Source: Planctomycetales bacterium
Lineage (GTDB): Bacteria; 4484-113
DNA: 46,872 nt
Direction: 5' to 3'
Assembly: GCA_037445915.1 (NCBI GenBank)
Contig: JBBIJQ010000008.1
Coordinates: forward strand, 1-46,872
Part shown: positions 27,436 to 35,031 of the stretch, in pieces
How the letters are laid out: every line of letters begins with the position of its first letter
Position numbering within the stretch: the first letter of the stretch is position 1
Notes under the pieces: model-generated
What the model saw: the letters and a program-made list of their open reading frames with translations, nothing else
Database searches by the model: none
What the model was told of the DNA's origin: nothing
Translations under genes and position numbers: made by a program

Positions 27436-28284
27436 TCAGAAATTGACGCCGCTTAGGTCAAGCATGTGCCCTCTGCATCCCCGGCGGGTGCAAATATGCA
27501 CCATTCCACCGCCACGCACAGACATCGGCAGCATCGGAGCGCCGCAGTCATTACAGCGGGCCGCGCCAAGGGCCTCGCCGTGGCAGTGTGGGCAAAAGAA
27601 ATGGACTACCGTATCCTCCGGTATTGCGTGCTCTGACGAGATGTTGTAGCTGCCATACAGGCTGGAGAGGCAAACCCACCCGTGCTTGTCGCCGAATGTA
27701 GCTGTAACGCGGATTGACGGGTGGCCATCCAAGAGATGGTTGTGATCCATCAAGCTGCGGTTGCACTTCGGGCAAGCCGCATCCAACGGGATGATGCAGT
27801 GGTCTGCGTCAGCTTCGGCAAAGTCAAGCCCTGCGCGGGCTTTCCCCAGGATTTCGCGGACATTGGACTTTTCCATCTTGGAGAAGTAATGGCCGTCAAT
27901 AGTCGCGATTGGCCCCAGCGCGCAAGCGCCAAGGCAGTTCACCGTCTCAAAGGAGAATTCCTTGTCGGGAGTAGTCTCGCCCGAAACAATGCCCAGTTGG
28001 CGCTCAAACTCCTTAGCCACGCCAGCCCCGCCGCGCACATGGCAGGCTGTGCCCAGGCACGCAGACACTAAGTGCTTCCCCCGGGGCTTGAGGCTAAATG
28101 AGCGGTAGAAAGTTGCTACGCCATAAATATCCACCAGCGAGCGGCCGGTGGTTTCGGCGACCTTGCGCAGCGCGTCGGCCGGAAGGTAGTTGTACTTGGC
28201 CTGCACTCTTTCAAGGATGGCGATAAGGCCGTCCTGGGCGTCTGGATTCAGCTCAAGCGCGGCAATGATTGCGTCAGGTTCCAC
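27436..28284 (-). CDS. NuoE/HydC-like 2Fe-2S subunit with a roughly 115-aa Cys/His-rich C-terminal extension
   Basis: The core ...VATFYRSFSLKPRGKHLVSACLGTACHVRG...VNCLGACALGP carries the four 2Fe-2S Cys. The extension has CPKC...CPHC..C.DCG...ICTRRGCRGH, which looks like zinc ribbons. GTG start after GGAG. Confidence 0.85.
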   Translation of the reverse strand: MEPDAIIAALELNPDAQDGLIAILERVQAKYNYLPADALRKVAETTGRSLVDIYGVATFYRSFSLKPRGKHLVSACLGTACHVRGGAGVAKEFERQLGIVSGETTPDKEFSFETVNCLGACALGPIATIDGHYFSKMEKSNVREILGKARAGLDFAEADADHCIIPLDAACPKCNRSLMDHNHLLDGHPSIRVTATFGDKHGWVCLSSLYGSYNISSEHAIPEDTVVHFFCPHCHGEALGAARCNDCGAPMLPMSVRGGGMVHICTRRGCRGHMLDLSGVNF

Positions 28285-28329
28285 TAATAATCTCCAGTTT
28301 GGGGTAAGGCGCAGGTCGCTGTGTGCGGC

Positions 28330-28635
28330 TTACTGGTACTGCTCGCAATACCAAACGCCCCGGGGCGACTCGTGAGCGCAGTTGCCGTGGTAATCGCAGT
28401 TCCCGCACAAGCCTTTGGTAGCGCCGTTGCCGTTGGGCGAAGCTTCAGCGGGCGCGACAGCCCGTCCGGGCTCGTGTGAAAGCGGGCCGTGGTCGTCAAA
28501 CATGTCGCAATACATCACGTCTCCGCCGGCAGCCTTGCGGTTGCAGCAGGTCTCGGCGTGGTTGCAGGTAGCGCAAAGCCCGGAGTAAGCGGGGATTGCT
28601 GTGATTTCCTTAATAGTTGTAGTAGTCGTTGCCAT
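28330..28635 (-). CDS. small Cys-rich protein (101 aa) with an internal duplication; first gene of the lower redox operon
   Basis: MATTTTTIKE...GLCATCNHAETCC...VMYCDMF....GLCGNCDYHGNCAH...VWYCEQYQ. The ATG at 28635 lies 8 nt after GGAGGA. The track ORF is extended upstream artificially. Confidence 0.6.
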   Translation of the reverse strand: MATTTTTIKEITAIPAYSGLCATCNHAETCCNRKAAGGDVMYCDMFDDHGPLSHEPGRAVAPAEASPNGNGATKGLCGNCDYHGNCAHESPRGVWYCEQYQ

Positions 28636-28812
28636 CGTAATTATCCTCCAATAAACGATTGCCAGCCCCACTGGGCTTGATGTAAGAGCCACAACCTTTC
28701 CTTCTCGGGGCCGCTTTCGACGGTAGCGGAAGCTGTGAACCCTTTCACGATGCAGCTTGCGGCTGGCATCACGGGGAGAATACCCCGCCGGAAACCGAAG
28801 CACAATTGGGAT

Positions 28813-28857
28813 AATCCTGATGAGGAATCCCTGATATTGAACTTCGCGAATCCTGAT
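28813..28857 (-). promoter_or_regulatory. three direct repeats ATCAGG(G)ATT upstream of the lower redox operon
   Basis: On the plus strand, AATCCTGAT at 28813-28821, AATCCCTGAT at 28826-28835 and AATCCTGAT at 28849-28857. These lie between the NarL-type regulator gene and the Cys-rich ORF. Confidence 0.35.
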
Positions 28858-28894
28858 AGCGCTGGCTAGCTGGCGGGAAGGTCAAGCCGGGAAT

Positions 28895-29560
28895 TCAGGG
28901 ATCCAAGCAGGTCAACCCTTCGCGGATTGCATACTTTGTTAGCTCGGCAACGCTCCGTAACTCAAGCTTGTCCTTTATCCTGCGCCGGTGCGCCTCAATA
29001 GTCTTCACGCACACGCCGAAAACTTGTGCGATATCTTTTGTGCTCCTGCCTTCCGCAAGCAGGCGGAGCACCTCGCGCTCCCGTTCGGTGAGTAAGCAGG
29101 GTGACGGTGCCTGGGCAGGTGACAGGTGGCGGACATAGCTTTCAACGACTGTGTCGGCAATGCCCGGGCTGAAGAAGGTTAGGTTCGCACCCACTGCGCG
29201 GATGGCGCGCGCGAGATCTTCTTGCGCGCAGTCTTTAAGTAGGTACCCCGTCGCGCCGGCGCGTAGCATCTCCATAACATACTGCCCGTCAGCGTGCATT
29301 GAAAGCCCCACTACGCGGGTTGAGGGTATCTCTGTGCGAATCTGCCTTGTCGCCTGAATCCCATTCAAGCGCGGCATCCCGATGTCCATTACTACAACAT
29401 CAGGCTTCATCTCCAGCGCGATTTGGACTGCCATCTGCCCGTCAGCAGCTTCGCCGATAACGAGCATGTCCGGTTGGAGGTTAATGAGCGTGCGCAAGCC
29501 GTCGCGGAGGATCTTGTGGTCATCCACTACTACAACGCCGATTGTTGGGCCATCTTGCAT
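28895..29560 (-). CDS. NarL/FixJ-type response regulator (REC + LuxR HTH)
   Basis: REC domain (VVVDDH...VVVMDIGMP..., phospho-Asp context) and a C-terminal LTEREREVLRLLAEGRSTKDIA...VKTIEAHRRRI LuxR-type HTH. Confidence 0.9.
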   Translation of the reverse strand: MQDGPTIGVVVVDDHKILRDGLRTLINLQPDMLVIGEAADGQMAVQIALEMKPDVVVMDIGMPRLNGIQATRQIRTEIPSTRVVGLSMHADGQYVMEMLRAGATGYLLKDCAQEDLARAIRAVGANLTFFSPGIADTVVESYVRHLSPAQAPSPCLLTEREREVLRLLAEGRSTKDIAQVFGVCVKTIEAHRRRIKDKLELRSVAELTKYAIREGLTCLDP

Positions 29561-29697
29561 AGGAAAAGCAGTAGTTCCAATGCGAAACCAAGCGTGCCAA
29601 ATACACCTACATTTTGCCGCCGTTGGTGAGTTTGCGCAATCAGGAATTCCCTTACAGGGAATGCAAGGCGCGCCGGGCGCGCATGGGAAATTGGAAC

Positions 29698-31530
29698 TCA
29701 GGAATCCAGCCCGGTCAGCCCTTCGCGGATTGCGTACTTAGTTAGCTCCGCAACGCTGTGGATTCCCAGTTTCTCCATTATGTGCTGGCGGTGGGTCTCC
29801 ACAGTCTTCACGCTTATTTGAAGGTGCAGCGCGATTTCTTTCGTGTTCCGCCCTTCGGTAAGCATTTGCAGCACTTCGCGCTCGCGATTGGTTAGCGATG
29901 ATGTGGTAGAGGTGCTGTCGCCTTGCTGGCGGGCAAAATCCTCAACGACAGCGTCTGCGATGCCTGGGCTGAGGAATGTCAGGTTCGCGTCAACCGTCCT
30001 AATGGCCCGGGCAAGGTCTTCCTGCGCGCAGTCCTTGAGCAGATATCCTGAAGCGCCTGCCCGCAGCATCTCAAGGACGAACTGCCCATCGGAATGCATA
30101 GAAAGCGCGACAACCTTTACGCCCTGTATCTTGCCTACAATCTGCCGCGTTGCCTCAATGCCATTTAGCCCTCTCATAGCGATATCCATGACGACAACAT
30201 CTGGGGTCAGCTCGCGCGAAAGCTGAATAGCCTCGCGGCCGTCGCGCGCCTCAGCAACGACATCCATGTCTGCGTGCTTTTCCAACAACGCGCGCAGCCC
30301 TTCGCGCGTTATCTGCTGGTCGTCTGCAAGCAGTATCCTCACTTTCCGAACTGAACCGTTTTCGTTCTGCGCATGCTCGGCGCGAAGGCCTCCCGCAAGT
30401 TGTGCCTCCTCCAACATCAGCGGCGCGGCCAGAGTGATACTCGTCCCATGCCCGAACTCGGAGAGTATCTCTAGCTTGCCGCCAAGGTGGTTCAAGCGCT
30501 CGCTGATGCTAAAAAGCCCGAAGCCGCCGGCCTTGTTTCGGCGAGCGCGGACTTCTGAAAAGTCAAATCCAACGCCGTCGTCTTCTACAACAATCTTTAT
30601 CTGCTCCCCAGCGCGCTTCACAAACACTTCAACCTTCTTCGCCTGAGCGTGTTTGATGATATTCGCTAGAAGCTCGCGCACTGCCTGAAAGAGCACGATG
30701 CGCGTGTCCTCGGCCAGAGGTTTGGGCCGCCTGTCCATGGTCAACTCAGCATTGATGCCGTGATCTTCTGCGAGCTGATTAACAAGCCACTCCAACGCCG
30801 ATTCAAAACCTAGCTCGTGGAGAACGGGAGGGCTTAGCTCAAACGTAAGCGAGCGCGCATCTTGAATCGTCTGGTCCATCAGGCTGAGCACTTCATCCAA
30901 GCCGCATTCTGAGCAGTTTTCCCTCAATCCCGCAAGCTTCACTTTGGCGATAGCAAGGCCGTGCCCGATTCGGTCATGCAGATCAACGGCGATTCGGCGC
31001 CGTTCGCGCTCTTCCGTAAGCGCCAGTTCCGAAGCAAGGGATCGCAACTTCGCCTGGTATTCCAAGACTTTGGCGTCAGCGCGCTCGTGTTCCACTATCC
31101 GCCCGACTCGTTCGGCAATGGCTTCAAGCAGCCTTCGCTCTTCGTGCAGGAATGGGGGCTCTGCAACCCCTGGCTTCACTTTCAGGTAACACACTTCAGC
31201 CATGCCTATATGCTGCCCGGACGCGAATATCTCAACAGCCTGCTTCCACTTTGTCTCGCGGAAGTTCGCTGTCTGGTATGACTTGCCTTCAAGCACGATG
31301 CGGGCGCAGGTGATATCCGGGTATTGGTAGCTGGGCGGTATTAAGTTTACAACGCCGCGTATCACAGTATCCAGGGATGCGTCTTTCTGATCGCGTATGT
31401 TGGCTATGGCATAAAGGCAATTAAGTTCCTTGATGCGCTCATTTAGCTCGTGCATCTTTAAGCGAAGCTTTTCCTCAGTGGACGGCCTTGGACGGCCCTT
31501 CGGTTCCTTGTTTTCCTTCTTTGTAGCCAT
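29698..31530 (-). CDS. hybrid one-polypeptide two-component protein: sensor module, HisKA_3 kinase, HATPase, REC and LuxR HTH
   Basis: H-box RRRIAVDLHDRIGHGL, the ATPase G-boxes VEDDGVGFD and GGFGLFSISER, then REC (ILLADDQ...VVVMDIAM) and LTNREREVLQMLTEGRNTKEIA...VKTVETHRQHI. Confidence 0.88.
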   Translation of the reverse strand: MATKKENKEPKGRPRPSTEEKLRLKMHELNERIKELNCLYAIANIRDQKDASLDTVIRGVVNLIPPSYQYPDITCARIVLEGKSYQTANFRETKWKQAVEIFASGQHIGMAEVCYLKVKPGVAEPPFLHEERRLLEAIAERVGRIVEHERADAKVLEYQAKLRSLASELALTEERERRRIAVDLHDRIGHGLAIAKVKLAGLRENCSECGLDEVLSLMDQTIQDARSLTFELSPPVLHELGFESALEWLVNQLAEDHGINAELTMDRRPKPLAEDTRIVLFQAVRELLANIIKHAQAKKVEVFVKRAGEQIKIVVEDDGVGFDFSEVRARRNKAGGFGLFSISERLNHLGGKLEILSEFGHGTSITLAAPLMLEEAQLAGGLRAEHAQNENGSVRKVRILLADDQQITREGLRALLEKHADMDVVAEARDGREAIQLSRELTPDVVVMDIAMRGLNGIEATRQIVGKIQGVKVVALSMHSDGQFVLEMLRAGASGYLLKDCAQEDLARAIRTVDANLTFLSPGIADAVVEDFARQQGDSTSTTSSLTNREREVLQMLTEGRNTKEIALHLQISVKTVETHRQHIMEKLGIHSVAELTKYAIREGLTGLDS

Positions 31531-31556
31531 AGGTTCAATTTACCAGTGGGAGTAGG

Positions 31557-32918
31557 CTACCCCTGCCCATTCCCAACAAACGCTTTTACCTCGGCAATGC
31601 TGATGCCAAGGGCTTTGGCAGCCATTTCGTAATCCCTATCAAAGTAATCCAGGACTTTCGTGACGTGTTCGCGCTCAATATCCTCAAGGCTGCGCGGCTT
31701 GAAGCCTGAATCATGCTGCGCGACGCCTGATGCAGCGTCCCTAATGTGCTGAGGAAGCGAGTCAGCAGTGATGGTGCCGCCGCTCTCGCTCACAACCGCG
31801 CTGGCGATAATGTTGCGCATCTCCTGCCGGTTGCCGGGAAAGCTGTAGGCTTTGAGAGTTTCAATGAACCCGGGGTCAACGCCGACAAGGCTGATACCGG
31901 CCTTTGCGGCTTCCTTCTCCAGGTAATACGCTGCAAGCAGCGGGATGTCTTCAACGCGGTCGCGAAGCGGCGGAAGCTGCAGCGAGTTGACCATCAAGTG
32001 GTAAAGCAAGTCGCGCGAAAAAGTGTAGCGGTAATCCTCGCTGGTGAGGTCGTGCCGCGAGGCGGCGATAATCCGCACGTCCAGCTTGAGTATTTGCGTG
32101 GAACACTCGCGGTAGAACTCGCCTGTTTGGATAAACCGCTTGAGGCGCACCTGTACCGGCAGCGTGAGCCGGTCAATCTCGTCAAGGAACAGTGTTCCGC
32201 CGGAAGCCTGTTCCAAGAATCCCGGCTGGTCTTCCCGGGAGCCGCTATAGTCGCGCGCCTGCCCGAAGATGGCTGCGGCGAGCTGCTCGCTATTAATCGC
32301 GGCGGCGTCAACCGCGACGAATGGCTCATTGCTGCGCGGGCTGGCGTCATGTATAGCGTGGGCAAGCATCTCCTTGCCGGTTCCGCGCTCACCCCAGATA
32401 AAGATGTCCAAGTCGCCTGCCGCCATTTTCTCCGCCTTGTGCAGTATGCGAATGAGTTCAGGGTCCTGCGTCGGGAAGTGCACAAACGCCTCGGCGAACT
32501 CCAGGTCTTCGCGCGACAGCCCCGCCGGCATCTGGCTGATGGTGTGGTGCGTGGTTTGGTGCGCGATGGCGCTGGCGAAGACTTCAAGCAAATAGCTGTC
32601 GTCTACCGGCTTCGTCAGATAGTCAAACGCGCCAAGCTTCATTGCCTTAACAGCAAGGTCAACATCACTCACGCCGGTAAGGACGATAACCGGCGTGGAA
32701 ATGCGCCGGTCCTTAACCAACTTGAGCACGTCCATTCCGCTGATGTTGGGCATGTCCATGTCAAGGAGCAGCGCGTCAAAATGTTCCCGCTCCAGCAGTT
32801 CCGAAATAGCCCGCGAGTCGTTTACAACTGTCGGTTCGTACTTGCCCGTCTGCATCAGGAAGACCATCAGGTAGTTGGTCACCGCAACATCGTCGTCAGC
32901 AATCAATACTTTTCGCAT
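31557..32918 (-). CDS. NtrC-family response regulator (REC, AAA+ sigma-54-interaction-type domain, Fis-type HTH) with a degenerate GAFTGA loop
   Basis: MRKVLIADDD...LLLDMDMP (REC), Walker A GERGTGKE and Walker B TLFLDEID. RDYSGS (nt 32238-32255) sits where GAFTGA is expected. C-terminal HTH MAAKALGISIAEV. The track start at 32933 is a GTG, and I prefer the ATG at 32918. Confidence 0.88.
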   Translation of the reverse strand: MRKVLIADDDVAVTNYLMVFLMQTGKYEPTVVNDSRAISELLEREHFDALLLDMDMPNISGMDVLKLVKDRRISTPVIVLTGVSDVDLAVKAMKLGAFDYLTKPVDDSYLLEVFASAIAHQTTHHTISQMPAGLSREDLEFAEAFVHFPTQDPELIRILHKAEKMAAGDLDIFIWGERGTGKEMLAHAIHDASPRSNEPFVAVDAAAINSEQLAAAIFGQARDYSGSREDQPGFLEQASGGTLFLDEIDRLTLPVQVRLKRFIQTGEFYRECSTQILKLDVRIIAASRHDLTSEDYRYTFSRDLLYHLMVNSLQLPPLRDRVEDIPLLAAYYLEKEAAKAGISLVGVDPGFIETLKAYSFPGNRQEMRNIIASAVVSESGGTITADSLPQHIRDAASGVAQHDSGFKPRSLEDIEREHVTKVLDYFDRDYEMAAKALGISIAEVKAFVGNGQG

Positions 32919-32932
32919 GCCCCCAAATTCCA

Positions 32933-34957
32933 CTATGAATGCCCCCCTATCGCCGGCGTTTCAGTGTGGTCATCCTCGTCTTCAGCCGCCGCCTTCTTCT
33001 TAATCGGCAGCCTAATGAGAAAAGTCGTGCCTGCTCCCGGCTTGCTTACAATGGTTATCTTTCCGCCGTGCTCTTCAATGATGCGGTAGGCAATGGCCAG
33101 CCCTAGGCCCGTGCCGCCCTTCGCGCGGCGCGTAGTAAAGAACGGCTCAAAGATGTGCTTCAGCGTCTCTTCCGTCATCCCTTTGCCGTTGTCTGAGACT
33201 TCAATTGAAAGCGTTGAGTTCTCAGCGCGCGTCTTCACCCGGACAAGCCCTCGCCTGTCGTCAGGCATAGCCTGGCCCGCGTTAATTAGCAAATTGATGA
33301 GGACCTGTTCCAGCTTCTGCGAGTTGCCGGTAAAGCTCGGGACATCCGGCGCGAGGTCAAGCTCAATGTCTGCGTTTTTGTGCACCTGGTTGTGGACTAG
33401 GCGCGCGCTGGCGTCAACGATTGTGTTGATATCCACAGTGTCAATGAGCAATCCCTCGTCCCGGCGGGCGAAACGCTTCAGCCCCTCCACGATTCCCTTG
33501 ATGCGCTCGGAGCCGTGTCCCATGTCGTTGACGAGGGTTCCGACATGCTCGCGGAAAAATCCGTAGTGCAGTCGCGCAATCTTCAGGTCGGGATGTTCCT
33601 TGTAGTATTCGTCCAATATGGGGATGATGTCCTCAAGGGCCTGCTTTATTATCTTGATGTTCCCGCGTATGAACTGGTTCGGGTTGTTGATCTCATGCCC
33701 GATGCCGCTAACGAGCTGTCCCAGCGAGGCTAGTTTGTCCGCCTGTTGGAGCTGCTGCTCGTAAGTCTTCTCCATCGTTATGTCGCGGTAGAACTCAATA
33801 ATACCTTCAACTTCATGCTTCTGGTTGAAAATAGGGAGGGCATGCACTTCGAAGTAGCTGTCCTCATGCTTAATCTCAAGCGTGATCGGGGCTTTCTCGC
33901 GGACGACACGCATAAGGCGGCAGTCCGGGCACGGCGTTTCCGAGTTGAAGACAGTGCGGTAGCACTTGTCGCCCGGCAGGACGGTCTCGCGGTTGGTCAT
34001 CACCACATTGCGCTTCAGGTCTATCAGCGCGACGCGGTCGGGTATCGCCTGAAACATCGTTTCCAGGCGCACCTTTGATTCCTCCCAGTCATGCTGGACG
34101 CGCGCAATGTATTCGTTAACGCGTTCCAGCTTCACGCGCTGGTCGTCAAGCTCCTTGGTGCGGTTCTCAATAACTGTTTCCAGTTCCGCAAGTTTGCGCC
34201 TGTACTCCGCTTCCTCTTCCTGCTTAAGTGCCAGGCGCTCGGTAAGCTCTTTGCGCTCCAGCGCGAGGCTAAGCATGCGCGCGATCTCGTTGAGCATCCT
34301 TTGCTCTTCGGGCAGCAGCTCAAATTCCTCGCTTATGTAGCCCACGCGCAGTTCGCCTGCAACCTGCCCGCTTACCTCAAGAACAGCGCGGATGATGTCT
34401 TCTGAAGCAGGCTTCTGGCCGTACTCAACGCCCTGGTAAAGTGAATAAATTACTGCGTGTTCGGGGTAGTGCATTCCCCGGCTGAGGTAAGTTGGAAGCT
34501 CGGTAAAAAACTCCTTGATTGAGACGGATGTATCAATCCAGTCTGCAACCGCATAAACGCAGGAAAGCTCTTTGATGCGCTCAATCTTTTCCCACTCTGA
34601 GAGCATGCTCAAGCCTTCTGCCTGCACGCCGTAGAAGAGGAATAGCCCGCCCTCTTCGTCTTCAGCATAGCCGACTTTAAGGGGAATTACCCGTGAGTTG
34701 CCGCCCTTCACGGAAAAGCCAACGGTGCCCTTGCGCCCCTTTCGGACTTCAACCATTGCCAAGCGGAAACCCTCAAGAGACTCCGGCGTTAGAATGTCTT
34801 CCAGGCGGCGCTTGACAACCGATTTTTGGCTTAGCCCGGATTCACTAATGAGTAGTCGGCTTGCGTGACTTACCCTCCCCTCGCGGTCGGCCACGAGCAG
34901 GTATTCAAAGCTGCTTTCAAACAAGTTAAAGAGGTATTCCAGCCTAATGGCTCCCAC
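32933..34957 (-). CDS. sensor histidine kinase (PAS/GAF-type sensor modules, HisKA, HATPase)
   Basis: H-box LVSGIGHEINNPNQFI, N/G boxes NLLINAGQA, DNGKGM and GGTGLGLAIAYRI, and a Cys motif CYRTVFNSETPCPDCRL in a PAS-like module. GTG start. Confidence 0.9.
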   Translation of the reverse strand: MGAIRLEYLFNLFESSFEYLLVADREGRVSHASRLLISESGLSQKSVVKRRLEDILTPESLEGFRLAMVEVRKGRKGTVGFSVKGGNSRVIPLKVGYAEDEEGGLFLFYGVQAEGLSMLSEWEKIERIKELSCVYAVADWIDTSVSIKEFFTELPTYLSRGMHYPEHAVIYSLYQGVEYGQKPASEDIIRAVLEVSGQVAGELRVGYISEEFELLPEEQRMLNEIARMLSLALERKELTERLALKQEEEAEYRRKLAELETVIENRTKELDDQRVKLERVNEYIARVQHDWEESKVRLETMFQAIPDRVALIDLKRNVVMTNRETVLPGDKCYRTVFNSETPCPDCRLMRVVREKAPITLEIKHEDSYFEVHALPIFNQKHEVEGIIEFYRDITMEKTYEQQLQQADKLASLGQLVSGIGHEINNPNQFIRGNIKIIKQALEDIIPILDEYYKEHPDLKIARLHYGFFREHVGTLVNDMGHGSERIKGIVEGLKRFARRDEGLLIDTVDINTIVDASARLVHNQVHKNADIELDLAPDVPSFTGNSQKLEQVLINLLINAGQAMPDDRRGLVRVKTRAENSTLSIEVSDNGKGMTEETLKHIFEPFFTTRRAKGGTGLGLAIAYRIIEEHGGKITIVSKPGAGTTFLIRLPIKKKAAAEDEDDHTETPAIGGHS

Positions 34958-35031
34958 CTCCTTCCGCCTCTGGCGGCTGGCTTACAAGGCGGCAAACCTC
35001 ATGTCCATAATACTCGCGGCGACTTGCGTCG

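Noticed and set aside
28636-28894. Sigma-70 or sigma-54 promoter call for the lower redox operon
   Set aside because: Only weak matches exist, for example TTGACC with a poor -10, and CTGGCA-N5-TTATT too close to the RBS. I could not support a specific promoter from sequence alone.
29581-29600. Sigma-54-like element TTGGCACG-cttgg-TTTCGCA (minus strand) 20-40 nt upstream of the NarL-type regulator gene
   Set aside because: The -24 half is perfect, but the GC of the -12 half is 3 nt too far from the GG (15 nt instead of 12). The sigma-54 spacing is strict, and no SD follows. I kept it only as a note, since the neighbouring NtrC-like protein also lacks GAFTGA.
31746-33089. 447-aa plus-strand ORF, plus similar long antisense ORFs at 22161..22991, 25365..26048, 12224..12853 and 8260..9042
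   Set aside because: All lie opposite strongly conserved genes (NtrC-like/HK, GltB-like, NuoF-GltD, FtsH, DnaK). They show the Arg/Ala/Leu-rich composition typical of GC-rich antisense frames.
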